Shown here: one piece after another, positions 36,728 through 46,637 of the stretch
How positions within the stretch are numbered: the stretch's first letter is position 1
Layout: each line of letters begins with the position of its first letter
From: an uncultured archaeon
GTDB lineage: Archaea; Iainarchaeota; Iainarchaeia; Iainarchaeales; JAAZKV01
Direction: 5' to 3'
Assembly (NCBI GenBank): GCA_902385225.1
Contig: CABMEU010000016.1
Span: 1-55,574 of the forward strand
Length of the DNA: 55,574 nt
Made by a program: the position numbers and the translations under genes
Notes under the pieces: model-generated
Seen by the model: only the letters and a program-made list of their open reading frames with translations
What the model was told of the DNA's origin: nothing
Database searches by the model: none

Positions 36728-37630
36728 TTAGTTTGAGTAGAAATCAAGTGGGTTTAGCCCGTGTCTTCCGGCAAAAGTATTTATTTCAAGGAATAATTCG
36801 TCTCTTTCTTTGTCAAGCTTATTATAAAATTCCCTTCCAAGAACTTCTTTTGAATCAAAAATCGCTTTGTTTCTCTCAAGTAATTCATTCCATGCGCTTT
36901 TTGCAAGCGAGGCAGGATTCATAAGCTGTGCCTCAAGCCAGAAATATGTTGCCGTAATTGCAATTCCTGCATTTATGAATGCGTCCCCAACCTTCTGTTT
37001 CTCGTTTGCTTTGTTGGCCATTTTGTTTATGTGCATTCCAGCGTCATGTACCTCTTTTAGCAGTGCAAGCGCTTTTTTCTCGCCATTTTCCCCCAGCGCA
37101 TTTACAAGTTTAATAAAAAGTATTTCTCTTGGAGGATAAATCGTAATATTTGTTCTTGGAATCTTCATGTTGGTTGAATTAAGTATGCTTGTTAGCGCGC
37201 TCATTGCTTTTGGCGGAAGATTCTTTTTTCTAATCTCTTTTAAGATTCCTCTCGTTGCGGCGCGTTTTGCTATTTCGACCGCTTGAGTTTTTGAATTCTT
37301 TCTCAGTATTCCAACGTCAATCGAGTTAAGGATTTGATTTGAAGCCTCTCTCTGTGCTGAACTGGTTATTGACTCCTCAAGTTCTTTTCGACTAGCAGTA
37401 GTCATTTTTGAAGTAATTTCCTTTAATTGTCCAATCTGGCTCATTGCTCTCTTTTGCCAGACCTCATCAGCGACCACAGGCTTGTTTTGCAAAAGTCTGT
37501 TTGTTATTCTCCGCATTAGCTCTGGAGTAACGGAATTTTTTCCATACAAAACAGTTTTTGAGCCGGGGTCTCGCTTTGCTCTGCCCTTAACAAGTTGTTT
37601 AAAATCCGGTTTCTTTTGCATAAGCATCAT
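36728..37630 (-). CDS. Basic helical hypothetical protein
   Basis: About 300 aa K/R-rich ORF; no recognisable motif. Confidence 0.6.
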   Translation of the reverse strand: MMLMQKKPDFKQLVKGRAKRDPGSKTVLYGKNSVTPELMRRITNRLLQNKPVVADEVWQKRAMSQIGQLKEITSKMTTASRKELEESITSSAQREASNQILNSIDVGILRKNSKTQAVEIAKRAATRGILKEIRKKNLPPKAMSALTSILNSTNMKIPRTNITIYPPREILFIKLVNALGENGEKKALALLKEVHDAGMHINKMANKANEKQKVGDAFINAGIAITATYFWLEAQLMNPASLAKSAWNELLERNKAIFDSKEVLGREFYNKLDKERDELFLEINTFAGRHGLNPLDFYSN

Positions 37631-37722
37631 TTCCAATAAACAATTCGTTGTTTCAACTGTTTAAATAATTTCCTCTCCCTAAAAACCAAGCTTTTTTAAC
37701 TATCCGCAAGCTGAATTGTTTT

Positions 37723-40059
37723 ATGAAGCAAGCCAAAGAGAAAAGCGCAAAAATTGAGGCAAAACCTGTTGCTGAGAAAGAACCAAAGGATAAGGTTCAC
37801 TGGGCTGATGAGATTGCAATGCAAGTGGTTAAGGCAAAACCAAATCAGGATTCTTTTACTGTTGCCTCAGGAATTACTCCTTCAGGGGTTGTGCATATCG
37901 GGAATTTTAGGGAAATAATTACTGTTGATTTAGTTGCTAAGGCATTACGAAAACTCGGGAAAAAAGTTAGGTTCATTTACTCCTGGGATGATTATGATGT
38001 TTTTAGAAAAGTTCCAGTGAATATGCCAAAGCAGGAAATGCTCACAAAGCACTTGCGCTATCCAATAGTTGATGTGCCTGACCCGTTTGGAAAAGAAAAG
38101 AGTTATGCTCGGCACTTTGAAGTAGAAGTTGAGAGGCGCCTCCCGGATGTTGGAATTAATGTTGAGTTCATTTACCAGGCTGACAGATACAAAAAATCTT
38201 TTTACGCTGAAGAAATAAAGTTCGCGATGATTAATAGAAAACGAATCGCAAAAATACTTGATTTGTATAGAGAAGAGCCTCTTGAAGAGAATTGGTATCC
38301 TTCCTCAATCTTTTGCGAGAAGTGCCGCTCAGATGAAACAGAAATTACTGGTTATGATGAGAAATATTTGGTTTCATATAAATGCGTTTGCGGGCATACA
38401 GATACTTTTGATATTAGAAAAAAAGGAATAATTAAACTCGTTTGGCGCGTTGATTGGCCGATGAGGTGGAATTTTGAGAAAGTTGATTTTGAGCCGAGTG
38501 GAAAAGACCATTCAAGCGAAGGCGGAAGCAATACAACAGCGGCACTAATAGTAAAAGAACTTTGGGGAAGAGAGGCGCCGATTCACTTGATGTATGAATT
38601 CATTGCGATTAAGGGGCAGGGCGGAAAAATGTCCTCCTCAAAAGGAAATACAGTTGATTTAAATGAAATGCTTGAAGTATATTCTCCAGAACTATTGAGA
38701 TACACTTTTGCCTCAAAGAAACCATCAAAATCCTTTGAAATTAGCTTTGAAGGGATGGATGTGATTAGAGCATATTCAGAATTCCAAAAAGTTGAGCGAA
38801 TGTACTTTGGAAAAGAACCAATTGACAAAGAAGATGTTGAGCTAAACAATAGAGTTTACGAACTTAGCTGTGTTAATATTCCAAAACAAATGCCCGAGCA
38901 AATTGATTTTAGGCACATGGTGACAGTTGCGCAAACATACCAATTTGATAAGAAGAAAATCGCGGAATTCTTTAACTCAAAAGACAAGAAGTACTGCGAC
39001 TTGATGGTTGATAGAGCAAAGGCGTGGATAACTGATTATGCGGAAGAGAGTTTCAAGTTCTCTGTTAATGAAGAAGCCAGCGATGAAGCAAAAACTTTGC
39101 TCTCTGAGAATCAGAAAAAAGCGATAAAACTTGTTTCTTCCCAGCTTGTTGGAAAGAAAGAGGATGAACTAATTGAATTGTTTGGTAAAGTTACGAAAGA
39201 AACCTCTCTTGACCAAAAAACTTTCTTTACCGCGTTTTACAGGGCGCTTATCAACAAAGACTTTGGACCAAAACTTACTCACTTCATGCTAGTAATTGGT
39301 TTGCCAAAAGTGAAAAAGATACTTGATTCGGTTGAGAAACCAGTTTCAAAGAAAGCTGTGTCAAATTCAAAAGAACTTGACTTGAATGGATTAAACTTTG
39401 AGATAAATAGTGAAATAACTTCAAAGTATCCTCAGTTTCGCTCAGGAATAGTTGTTCTTAATGGAGTGAATAACGTAAAAGAGAATAAGGAAATCACTGC
39501 ACTCCTCCGCTCTGCAGAAAATGATTTACGCGCAAGATTTGCGGGAGTAGAGCCAATTACAATTCCTCAACTAAAAGCATGGAGGGATGCTTATGCATTG
39601 TTCAACGGCGACCCTGCGAAGAACAAGCCCTCTGTGGATGCACTCGTTCGAAGAGTATTGAATAATAATTCGCTTCCAAACATTAATGCGCTAGTTGATT
39701 TGTATAATTATATCTCAATCAAACATCTTTTGCCTGCAGGCGGGGATGATTTGGATAAAGTTGAGGGAAAAGTAAGGCTTTGCATCGCTGATGGCACTGA
39801 AGACTTTTTTATGATTGGCGGAAAAATGAAGGAGCACCCAAACAGGGGCGAAGTAATTTACCGTGATGATAAAGATGTTCTTTGCAGGCGCTGGAACTGG
39901 AGAGAAGCGGACAAAACCAAGTTCACCGAAAGCACAAAGAATGCTGTTGTGTATATTGAAAGCATGCTAAAAGAAGATGATTTGGATGGCGCGCTAAAAG
40001 AATTCTGCACGCTTGCTGAGAAATATCTTAAAGCAAAAGCTGAATATCGCCTTTTGTAG
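37723..40059 (+). CDS. lysS: Class I lysyl-tRNA synthetase fused to C-terminal B3/4 domain
   Basis: HWAD, SGITPSGVVHIGN, WRVDWPMRW, KMSSSKG; from about 39391 WRDAY...PSVDALVRR, INALVDLYN.IS, GGDDLD, GEVIYRDD, CRRWNWRE. Confidence 0.95.
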   Translation: MKQAKEKSAKIEAKPVAEKEPKDKVHWADEIAMQVVKAKPNQDSFTVASGITPSGVVHIGNFREIITVDLVAKALRKLGKKVRFIYSWDDYDVFRKVPVNMPKQEMLTKHLRYPIVDVPDPFGKEKSYARHFEVEVERRLPDVGINVEFIYQADRYKKSFYAEEIKFAMINRKRIAKILDLYREEPLEENWYPSSIFCEKCRSDETEITGYDEKYLVSYKCVCGHTDTFDIRKKGIIKLVWRVDWPMRWNFEKVDFEPSGKDHSSEGGSNTTAALIVKELWGREAPIHLMYEFIAIKGQGGKMSSSKGNTVDLNEMLEVYSPELLRYTFASKKPSKSFEISFEGMDVIRAYSEFQKVERMYFGKEPIDKEDVELNNRVYELSCVNIPKQMPEQIDFRHMVTVAQTYQFDKKKIAEFFNSKDKKYCDLMVDRAKAWITDYAEESFKFSVNEEASDEAKTLLSENQKKAIKLVSSQLVGKKEDELIELFGKVTKETSLDQKTFFTAFYRALINKDFGPKLTHFMLVIGLPKVKKILDSVEKPVSKKAVSNSKELDLNGLNFEINSEITSKYPQFRSGIVVLNGVNNVKENKEITALLRSAENDLRARFAGVEPITIPQLKAWRDAYALFNGDPAKNKPSVDALVRRVLNNNSLPNINALVDLYNYISIKHLLPAGGDDLDKVEGKVRLCIADGTEDFFMIGGKMKEHPNRGEVIYRDDKDVLCRRWNWREADKTKFTESTKNAVVYIESMLKEDDLDGALKEFCTLAEKYLKAKAEYRLL

Positions 40060-40119
40060 TAACTTTTTCACGTAAGGCAAATTTATATACCTCTTAAATG
40101 TTCTATATTGCAGATTCGC

Positions 40120-40872
40120 ATGGCTATTGAGGAAGTTCTAAGAACAAAGACGGGTATACAGGGTTTGGATAAGGCGCTAAATGGCGGTTTTCCGCAAGGA
40201 AATATTGTTCTTGTTTCAGGCGGAGCAGGAACAGGAAAATCAACTTTTTGCTTACAATTCTTAGTTAATGGAGCTACTTTGTTTGGGGAAAAAGGACTCT
40301 ATGTCTCAACTGAACAGAATAGGGCAGAATTAGCCAAGCAAGCCGCTGGGTTTGACTGGAAATTAGCTGACCTTGAGCAAAGAGGACTAATAAAAGTTGT
40401 TTATTTTGATATTACTGGTCCTGATGGATTCTCTGACCAGCTAAACAAGCTAATAACAGAATTCAAGCCAAAGAGACTCATAATAGATTCACTAACAACA
40501 CTCACTGATTCATTAATCGTTTCAGGCATGGGCGAAGACAAAGCATTCTCCTTAGTTCAAATAGCTGAAACAGTTAACCCCATACCAAGAACAGAACAAA
40601 TCATCACCAAGAATATTTTGTACAGCTTGTTTAGAGAAATAAAGAAATCCGGAATAACCACACTCCTCACAACCGAACTACCCGAAGACCAAAGAACCCT
40701 AAGCGCAGACGGAGTAAGCGAATTCATTGCGGACGGGGTACTGTTACTTAATGCGGTTCCAGTTGGGGATACTTTGAATAGATCAATTCTTGTAAGAAAA
40801 ATGAGATACACAAAGATTGATGCCGGAATGAAATCTTATGATATAATTGAGTCTGGAATTTCTATTGAGTAG
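40120..40872 (+). CDS. KaiC/RAD55-like RecA-superfamily ATPase (single domain)
   Basis: TGIQGLD, GGAGTGKS, STEQ, IIDS, EFIADGV, KMRYT. Confidence 0.92.
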   Translation: MAIEEVLRTKTGIQGLDKALNGGFPQGNIVLVSGGAGTGKSTFCLQFLVNGATLFGEKGLYVSTEQNRAELAKQAAGFDWKLADLEQRGLIKVVYFDITGPDGFSDQLNKLITEFKPKRLIIDSLTTLTDSLIVSGMGEDKAFSLVQIAETVNPIPRTEQIITKNILYSLFREIKKSGITTLLTTELPEDQRTLSADGVSEFIADGVLLLNAVPVGDTLNRSILVRKMRYTKIDAGMKSYDIIESGISIE

Positions 40873-40878
40873 GTTTAA

Positions 40879-42015
40879 ATGGCATCAGTAAAAGATACAG
40901 TAACTTCTGTATTCATAAAAAATTTTATTATTCCAAAGGCGCAAGTTCTTGACCAGCCTGGCTTTATTATATTTAAGATGGGCGGGAAATCAAAGGTTTA
41001 TTCAAGACAGATTATATTTCCAGAAAGTTTTTTGGTTGATCTTGAAACACAACTTGTTGAGAAATATGGTGATTCAGGTAGAGAAGCACTATATTTAGCT
41101 GGAAAAAAATTTGGTTACTTGTTTGCCAGTATGGGTAATTTTTTCTCAGCAAAGAACTTTCAAGATAATAAAAAGTTAGTTGAGTATGTTGGGCTCTTAA
41201 ACAATTTTATTGAAGGAACATATGCAAAAAAGATGACTTTTGAAGCCGATTTGAATATCCCGAAGGTGGATTTCTTCTTAGACAATTTTATTAGTTGTAA
41301 TAAATCTGGACTCGGGTATTTTCTTCCAACTGGTGCGGCAGCTGGACTTTTATGTTATCTTCTTGAACGTGATGATATTGAAGGAGTTCAAACTGATTGT
41401 CAAGGTAATGGTAGCTCAGTTTGCAAAGTTGTTTATTCAATTCCAAGTTATTTCAGCGAGAAGAACATAAAGTTTATTCAAAAGAATCCATTTGAAAAGG
41501 TTTTAGTTGGGGCAGAGTATGCAAATTGGAATAAAACACAGCCAACCAAATATTCACAAGATAGCTTTCAAAAGCTCTTAAATTCAAAGTTCTTCTCTTA
41601 TAGCCAAGGAATAATCGAGAAAGACTCAAAAAGGTATTTTATATTTGAAGCAAGCGGGCCATACATTATTGAGAATGAATTGAGTGGAATTAAAGGCTTC
41701 ACAGAAATTTTGTTGAATGCCAGTGTAAAAGAAGGGGAGAACTTATTCTTTATTGGGGCAAAGAATATTAAAGGACTTTCAGACTTATTAACAGCTTTTG
41801 GTTGGGGGGATGTTTTTATATTAAAAAAGGCGGATAAATACTTAGTAAATATTGATTATTATCCATGGACTTTGCTTTATGAAAGATCAGATTTTATTAT
41901 AATCCAAGGAATTTTACAAGGCGCATTATCAAAAATAGATAACAGACCAGTATCTTTTTCTTCTAAAAAAAAGAACTTTAATAGTGGTGGGTTGTCAGTA
42001 TCATTTTTTGAATGA
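40879..42015 (+). CDS. Tandem V4R-like domain protein
   Basis: LYLAGKKFG...GAAAGLL...QTDCQGNGSSVCKVV; second repeat with FGWG...ILQGALS. Confidence 0.75.
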   Translation: MASVKDTVTSVFIKNFIIPKAQVLDQPGFIIFKMGGKSKVYSRQIIFPESFLVDLETQLVEKYGDSGREALYLAGKKFGYLFASMGNFFSAKNFQDNKKLVEYVGLLNNFIEGTYAKKMTFEADLNIPKVDFFLDNFISCNKSGLGYFLPTGAAAGLLCYLLERDDIEGVQTDCQGNGSSVCKVVYSIPSYFSEKNIKFIQKNPFEKVLVGAEYANWNKTQPTKYSQDSFQKLLNSKFFSYSQGIIEKDSKRYFIFEASGPYIIENELSGIKGFTEILLNASVKEGENLFFIGAKNIKGLSDLLTAFGWGDVFILKKADKYLVNIDYYPWTLLYERSDFIIIQGILQGALSKIDNRPVSFSSKKKNFNSGGLSVSFFE

Positions 42016-43920
42016 AGTGTCTTTCTTTGAGATTGTTATTAATCCATCAAAGGAAGTTTTTACATTCCCAAATACTGATTCTAATTCACTTAAATACTTG
42101 TCAAGGAATGGAAATTCTTGTTGGGATGGGACATTGTGCATAACCCACATTGGGGTACGAACTTGTTTTGCCTTGTGTGTCAGTTGATAAATAACACAAA
42201 AGCCACCATCTTCAAGAGCGGCATAAATCCTTTTATAAAACAAGGTTCTCTTTTTTACTGGTATGTGATTAATAACAAATGATAAAAAGATTATTTTATA
42301 TTTCTCATTTAGTGGTTTATCTAATATATTGTGTGTAAATAATTTTGCTCTTTTTAAATTCTCAAGCTTTAATGTATTTCCCTCTTTTTGTAATCTAATA
42401 TCTATCTTGTCTTTTGCTATCCTAATGGATTTTGAGCTTGGGTCAGTTCCAGATAAATTAACTTGAATTGGCATCTCATCTAAAATATTCATCAAGGATG
42501 TTCCAGTCCCACAACCTAAATCAAGTATTTTATCATTTTTATTTATTAGCTTTGTAAAAGATTTAATTGCGAGCTTCCTAAATGAGTATGGTGCTTCTGA
42601 CATTAACTTATCCCAAAGGATGGCACTTTGCTCTTCATCAAAACTCGAATTAAAAGATGTTTTCCCGGTTAATAGGGTATTTTTGGCTTTTGGAACCATT
42701 GAGAACGTCCATTTATGTGATGCCGGATAATGTTTCTTCATATAATTAAGCTCAGCTTCAGCTAATGTGTGTGGTATTTTTATTAAATAATACTTCTCTT
42801 CTCTATGCGCTAATACTTTCTCCCCAGTAAGCAAATCTAATAAATACTCTAATAGGTTCAAATTCTTAATTTTTAATCTTGAGGACAACTCATTAAGATC
42901 GGTACCTTTTTCTAAATAAGGTCTGCCGCCAATGGAATCTAATGTTTCCCAGGCAAACCAATTATATCCTTTTTTTGCAATTGTTAATGCTTTTACATCC
43001 ATTCGAAATCTTTTGTTGAATCCAAGATTAATAATTAGGTTTAATATGTCGTGGATTTTATTGGATTTAATTGCAGATTTAGTATTACTCTTCTCTGTTA
43101 TGTCTCGTGGGGTATATTCATAAGTGTTATTTAAAAGGACAACAAAAAAACCAGCGTTCGTGAGTAAGGTGTTATTTATTAAAAAAACGCTTATAATGTT
43201 CAAAACGAAAAATCCAGTGGCTTGAACATAGATTTTATGTAAAAGGTAATCATTTTTCATGGTGAATAATAGCACAACAACTATAAAAATTGGGATTAAA
43301 ATATCGAATCTAATTATTAGTATTGGGGCGATGGCTAAAAACATAATAACTATTTTTGTAAAATCTACTCCTACTCTTTTTGGCAGTGTGTATTTGTCTT
43401 TTTCTATATCTCTCAAATCCCCCAAAAGATTTCTGGAACAGGTAATAAGGAATATTGAAAGCAAAATTATCCAATAAGTTTCAAAAATTTTCAGGATGGG
43501 TAAATAGAAACTTAATATAGTAACTAAAATTAATACTTCTAAGAAGCCCCTAAAGATAAAACTTATTGGGGCTAGCAGCCAATTCTTGTTTTTCAGAGAA
43601 TAACATACAAAAGTTATTAATGCAATGAACAAAAATATTAGTGCTTCTGTGTGTATTAGTCCAATGCAAAATACAAGTATAATTCCGAGTGTGATGGGGA
43701 TTATTTTGTTTGTGTGTTCTCGATGATCCGTACTCGAATGCATAACTTCTTTTCCAAGGATTATTGTTGTCCAAAACAGGATTCCAATAGCCACGTCACG
43801 AAGAATATTTACATCAAACTCAGTTAAGAAAAGTATTGTTGGGATTAGTGATATTAAAATGATGTTAATAACGGTGTACAAGCGAATTAGTAGAAAATAC
43901 TTCTTTAGTGCTGAAAGCAT
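42001..43920 (-). CDS. UbiA-family prenyltransferase fused to class I SAM methyltransferase
   Basis: N-terminal multi-TM domain with LLIRLY and RNLLGDLRDIEKDKYTLP; C-terminal ILDLGCGTG, SFVINHI. Confidence 0.8.
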   Translation of the reverse strand: MLSALKKYFLLIRLYTVINIILISLIPTILFLTEFDVNILRDVAIGILFWTTIILGKEVMHSSTDHREHTNKIIPITLGIILVFCIGLIHTEALIFLFIALITFVCYSLKNKNWLLAPISFIFRGFLEVLILVTILSFYLPILKIFETYWIILLSIFLITCSRNLLGDLRDIEKDKYTLPKRVGVDFTKIVIMFLAIAPILIIRFDILIPIFIVVVLLFTMKNDYLLHKIYVQATGFFVLNIISVFLINNTLLTNAGFFVVLLNNTYEYTPRDITEKSNTKSAIKSNKIHDILNLIINLGFNKRFRMDVKALTIAKKGYNWFAWETLDSIGGRPYLEKGTDLNELSSRLKIKNLNLLEYLLDLLTGEKVLAHREEKYYLIKIPHTLAEAELNYMKKHYPASHKWTFSMVPKAKNTLLTGKTSFNSSFDEEQSAILWDKLMSEAPYSFRKLAIKSFTKLINKNDKILDLGCGTGTSLMNILDEMPIQVNLSGTDPSSKSIRIAKDKIDIRLQKEGNTLKLENLKRAKLFTHNILDKPLNEKYKIIFLSFVINHIPVKKRTLFYKRIYAALEDGGFCVIYQLTHKAKQVRTPMWVMHNVPSQQEFPFLDKYLSELESVFGNVKTSFDGLITISKKDTSFKK

Positions 43921-43957
43921 TAAGATTAAATAGCTGTTAGGGTATAAAAGTTTTTAG

Positions 43958-45037
43958 ATGGGTCAAATTACGATTGTTGGTGCGAGTTTATCGGGTCTTT
44001 CTGCAGCATCTTGGCTCTCAAATAATGGGTTTAGGGTTAAAGTTTTTGAACGAGGTTCAGGGATTGGTCATTTTCGTGGGCAAGATTTTCAGGTTATTCG
44101 AAATTATGGTGCTGATAAAGGCTTCTGTGATTCATTAAAAGATTACAAAATTGATATAAAACATAAACAACCAATAAATAAAATAATTAAATATGCCCCA
44201 TCTGGACGAACAATGGAAGTTGTTGCAAATGGGAACCCATTATTCTTTGTGATTAAACGCGGGAAATCACCGCTTTCGCTAGATTCACAAATTTTTAATT
44301 CAATTAACAAGAACAATCTTGATCTTGAGTTAAATAAAACGGTTAATGTTTTGTCTGGGGATATAGTTGCCACGGGACCAGTTTTGAGGAATGTTTTTGG
44401 GGTAGGGTATGTTTTTGAAGGGGTTGATGTAAATCCAGAGGAGATTCATCTCTTCATGGACAATAAATATGCGCCTAATGGTTATATTTATGTAGCCCCT
44501 TTTGGAAAGGATACGCTTTGTATTGCAGCCGTATCATTTGATGCTACTTTTGAATTGAAAATGTTGTTAGACCGATTTCTAGAAAAAAACGAAGTTGTTC
44601 AAGAATTAATAACTAACTATTCAAAAAAAGAAACTTTTAGCGGATATGGTTATTGTAATTATCCTGAAACAGCCGAGATTGATGGGAAATTATTTGTTGG
44701 TGCTGCGGCAGGGTTTGTTGAAGCGGCCAGAGGGTTTGGTGTTAAATATGCTATCTTATCAGGGCTGCTTGCTGCAGAGTCAATTCTAACTGGTAAAAGT
44801 TATGATTCTTTATGGAAAGGATCATTTGGCAATGAGCTAAAAGATAGTTTGTATCGCCATTTTTTGCTTTCTGAACTTACTGACTCTCAATATGAGCGTT
44901 TATTGTCTGAAGAAAAAGTTTCGGTCAAAGAATACAAAAAAATTCCTTCTGGGTTAGCTGATCTTTATAAATCAATTCGATTTTCGCAGGAGCTTAAAAA
45001 CTGGCAAAACCAATATTCCTTACACAAATTGTTTTAA
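43958..45037 (+). CDS. NAD(P)/FAD-dependent oxidoreductase (geranylgeranyl reductase-like)
   Basis: IVGASLSGLSAA, VFER, ATG, APNGYIY, VGAAAGFVEAARGFGVKYAILSG. Confidence 0.82.
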   Translation: MGQITIVGASLSGLSAASWLSNNGFRVKVFERGSGIGHFRGQDFQVIRNYGADKGFCDSLKDYKIDIKHKQPINKIIKYAPSGRTMEVVANGNPLFFVIKRGKSPLSLDSQIFNSINKNNLDLELNKTVNVLSGDIVATGPVLRNVFGVGYVFEGVDVNPEEIHLFMDNKYAPNGYIYVAPFGKDTLCIAAVSFDATFELKMLLDRFLEKNEVVQELITNYSKKETFSGYGYCNYPETAEIDGKLFVGAAAGFVEAARGFGVKYAILSGLLAAESILTGKSYDSLWKGSFGNELKDSLYRHFLLSELTDSQYERLLSEEKVSVKEYKKIPSGLADLYKSIRFSQELKNWQNQYSLHKLF

Positions 45038-45079
45038 GGAATAAATTGTTTTTTTAACCATTTGTCTGCTTATCTTAAC

Positions 45080-45898
45080 ATGGTTTTAGGGCTTGTTATT
45101 CCAAATAACACAAATTCTTCCTCAAAGGATTTGGTAATAAATGTTTTGTCTGATGAGTGGCCTCTTAGTGCCAAAGAGATATTCGACCGGGTAAAAAGGC
45201 GTTCAACTGTTGTATTGTCGTATCAAGCAATACACAAAGTCATAAAATCTCTCGAAGCTAATAAAATATTGGTCAAAGATGGTCCTAAATATTTGATTAA
45301 CATTGATTGGGCTGATAATATTTATGGGTTTGCTCAATCACTAAAGACTAATCTTTTGTCTAGAAAGCAAGTATTTCCTTTGACGAAGGAATTGATTTTT
45401 TCTTCTGTTTATGAAGTTGATCAGTTTTTGGTGGGTTTGGGTAAATCATTAAACGCAGGACCTTCAGACAATTTTGCTTTACATTGGCATCATTTGTGGA
45501 TACCACTGTTTTTCTCTAAGGATACATACAAAGAGATGAAGAATTTGATAATTGGGGCAAATTATTATTGTGTTTCTCCATCAGACACACCTATTGATAG
45601 ATGGTGCCTTGCTTTTTGGAAAAAACTGGGGGTTAATGAGAAGATTGGGGTTAAGTGGACTTATGGTATTGATATGTTAATTTTTAAGGATATAATTGTT
45701 CAGGTGTTTTATCCTCCGGAAATAAAAATGGAGATTGACAAAGTATATGCTTCTACTAATGATCCTTCAAAACTCAATATTGAGGAGTTCTTCAAGACTG
45801 TTTTTGAGAAAAAAACTAGAATTCCAGTGTTAATAACGCACAATGAAGCGGTTGCAAAAGAACTCTTTGAGCAAACGAAGTCCCTGTTCGGCAAATAA
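45080..45898 (+). CDS. Winged-helix regulator with C-terminal putative sensor domain
   Basis: LSDEWPLSAKEIF...SYQAIHKVIKSLEANKILVK...YLINIDW. Confidence 0.75.
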   Translation: MVLGLVIPNNTNSSSKDLVINVLSDEWPLSAKEIFDRVKRRSTVVLSYQAIHKVIKSLEANKILVKDGPKYLINIDWADNIYGFAQSLKTNLLSRKQVFPLTKELIFSSVYEVDQFLVGLGKSLNAGPSDNFALHWHHLWIPLFFSKDTYKEMKNLIIGANYYCVSPSDTPIDRWCLAFWKKLGVNEKIGVKWTYGIDMLIFKDIIVQVFYPPEIKMEIDKVYASTNDPSKLNIEEFFKTVFEKKTRIPVLITHNEAVAKELFEQTKSLFGK

Positions 45899-45950
45899 TC
45901 TCTTTTGGAATGAATGTGCTGGATTGTGTTTCCATCTATTATTCACAAAA

Positions 45951-46637
45951 TCAATCTTTTAACTCAATTTTTATTGTTGTGAGTTTTGTTGTTGGTTTTC
46001 CGATGTTTAGTTGGATAATCATTTTGTTTAAGACTGCCATTTTGTCGTTAAGTTGTTTGCTTTCATAAAACCGATTTATTAAGGAATAAAGTTTTGGATC
46101 TAATTTAGCTATTTTTTTCACAAAATAATTCTCTTTAACTGGCAGGATTTTTTTTGAAAGGAAAAAAACGAACAGAATTTCTTTAAGTAGACAGTTCATT
46201 AAGAACAGTTTTTGTGTTTCATCTTCTCTTTCCTGTTCAATGTCTTGCAGCCTGTCGCCTATTTTGTATGCCCACCACTCAGCATCAAATTCTTCAAGCT
46301 TTTTATTAACAATTTCTTTTGCGGTTGGAATAAATTCGCTTAAGGAGTTATTCTTATCCAGAATTATTTTAGTATTCATAAACCACCCTGCCATATTGAA
46401 ATCTTTCTCGGTTTTTAGAATGTTCAGGGCATATTCTGATGGAAAGTAAAATAGTTCATGTTCTATTCCATTAATAACTTTTGATTCTCTTTTCCACCAG
46501 TTTTCATTAATTAATACAAAAACGTCTATGTCGTTGTGTTTTCCTTCAGGGTTGCGTGCATAAGAGCCAAAAATAAAAGCTCCTTCTGCATATTCTTTGT
46601 TTTTTAAGTATGTCAAAAGCCCTTTTTCTGAATTCAT
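45951..46637 (-). CDS. Nucleotidyltransferase domain protein with helical C-terminal domain
   Basis: FGSYAR...NDIDVFV...HELF. Confidence 0.85.
   Translation of the reverse strand: MNSEKGLLTYLKNKEYAEGAFIFGSYARNPEGKHNDIDVFVLINENWWKRESKVINGIEHELFYFPSEYALNILKTEKDFNMAGWFMNTKIILDKNNSLSEFIPTAKEIVNKKLEEFDAEWWAYKIGDRLQDIEQEREDETQKLFLMNCLLKEILFVFFLSKKILPVKENYFVKKIAKLDPKLYSLINRFYESKQLNDKMAVLNKMIIQLNIGKPTTKLTTIKIELKD

Noticed and set aside
36550-36747. 65-aa ORF from the track in the trp leader
   Set aside because: It spans the TATA box and has no Trp or recognisable motif; only its last 20 codons could be a uORF
40120-40872. Circadian clock KaiC
   Set aside because: Single-domain ATPase with no kaiA or kaiB; fits the archaeal KaiC-like signalling family instead
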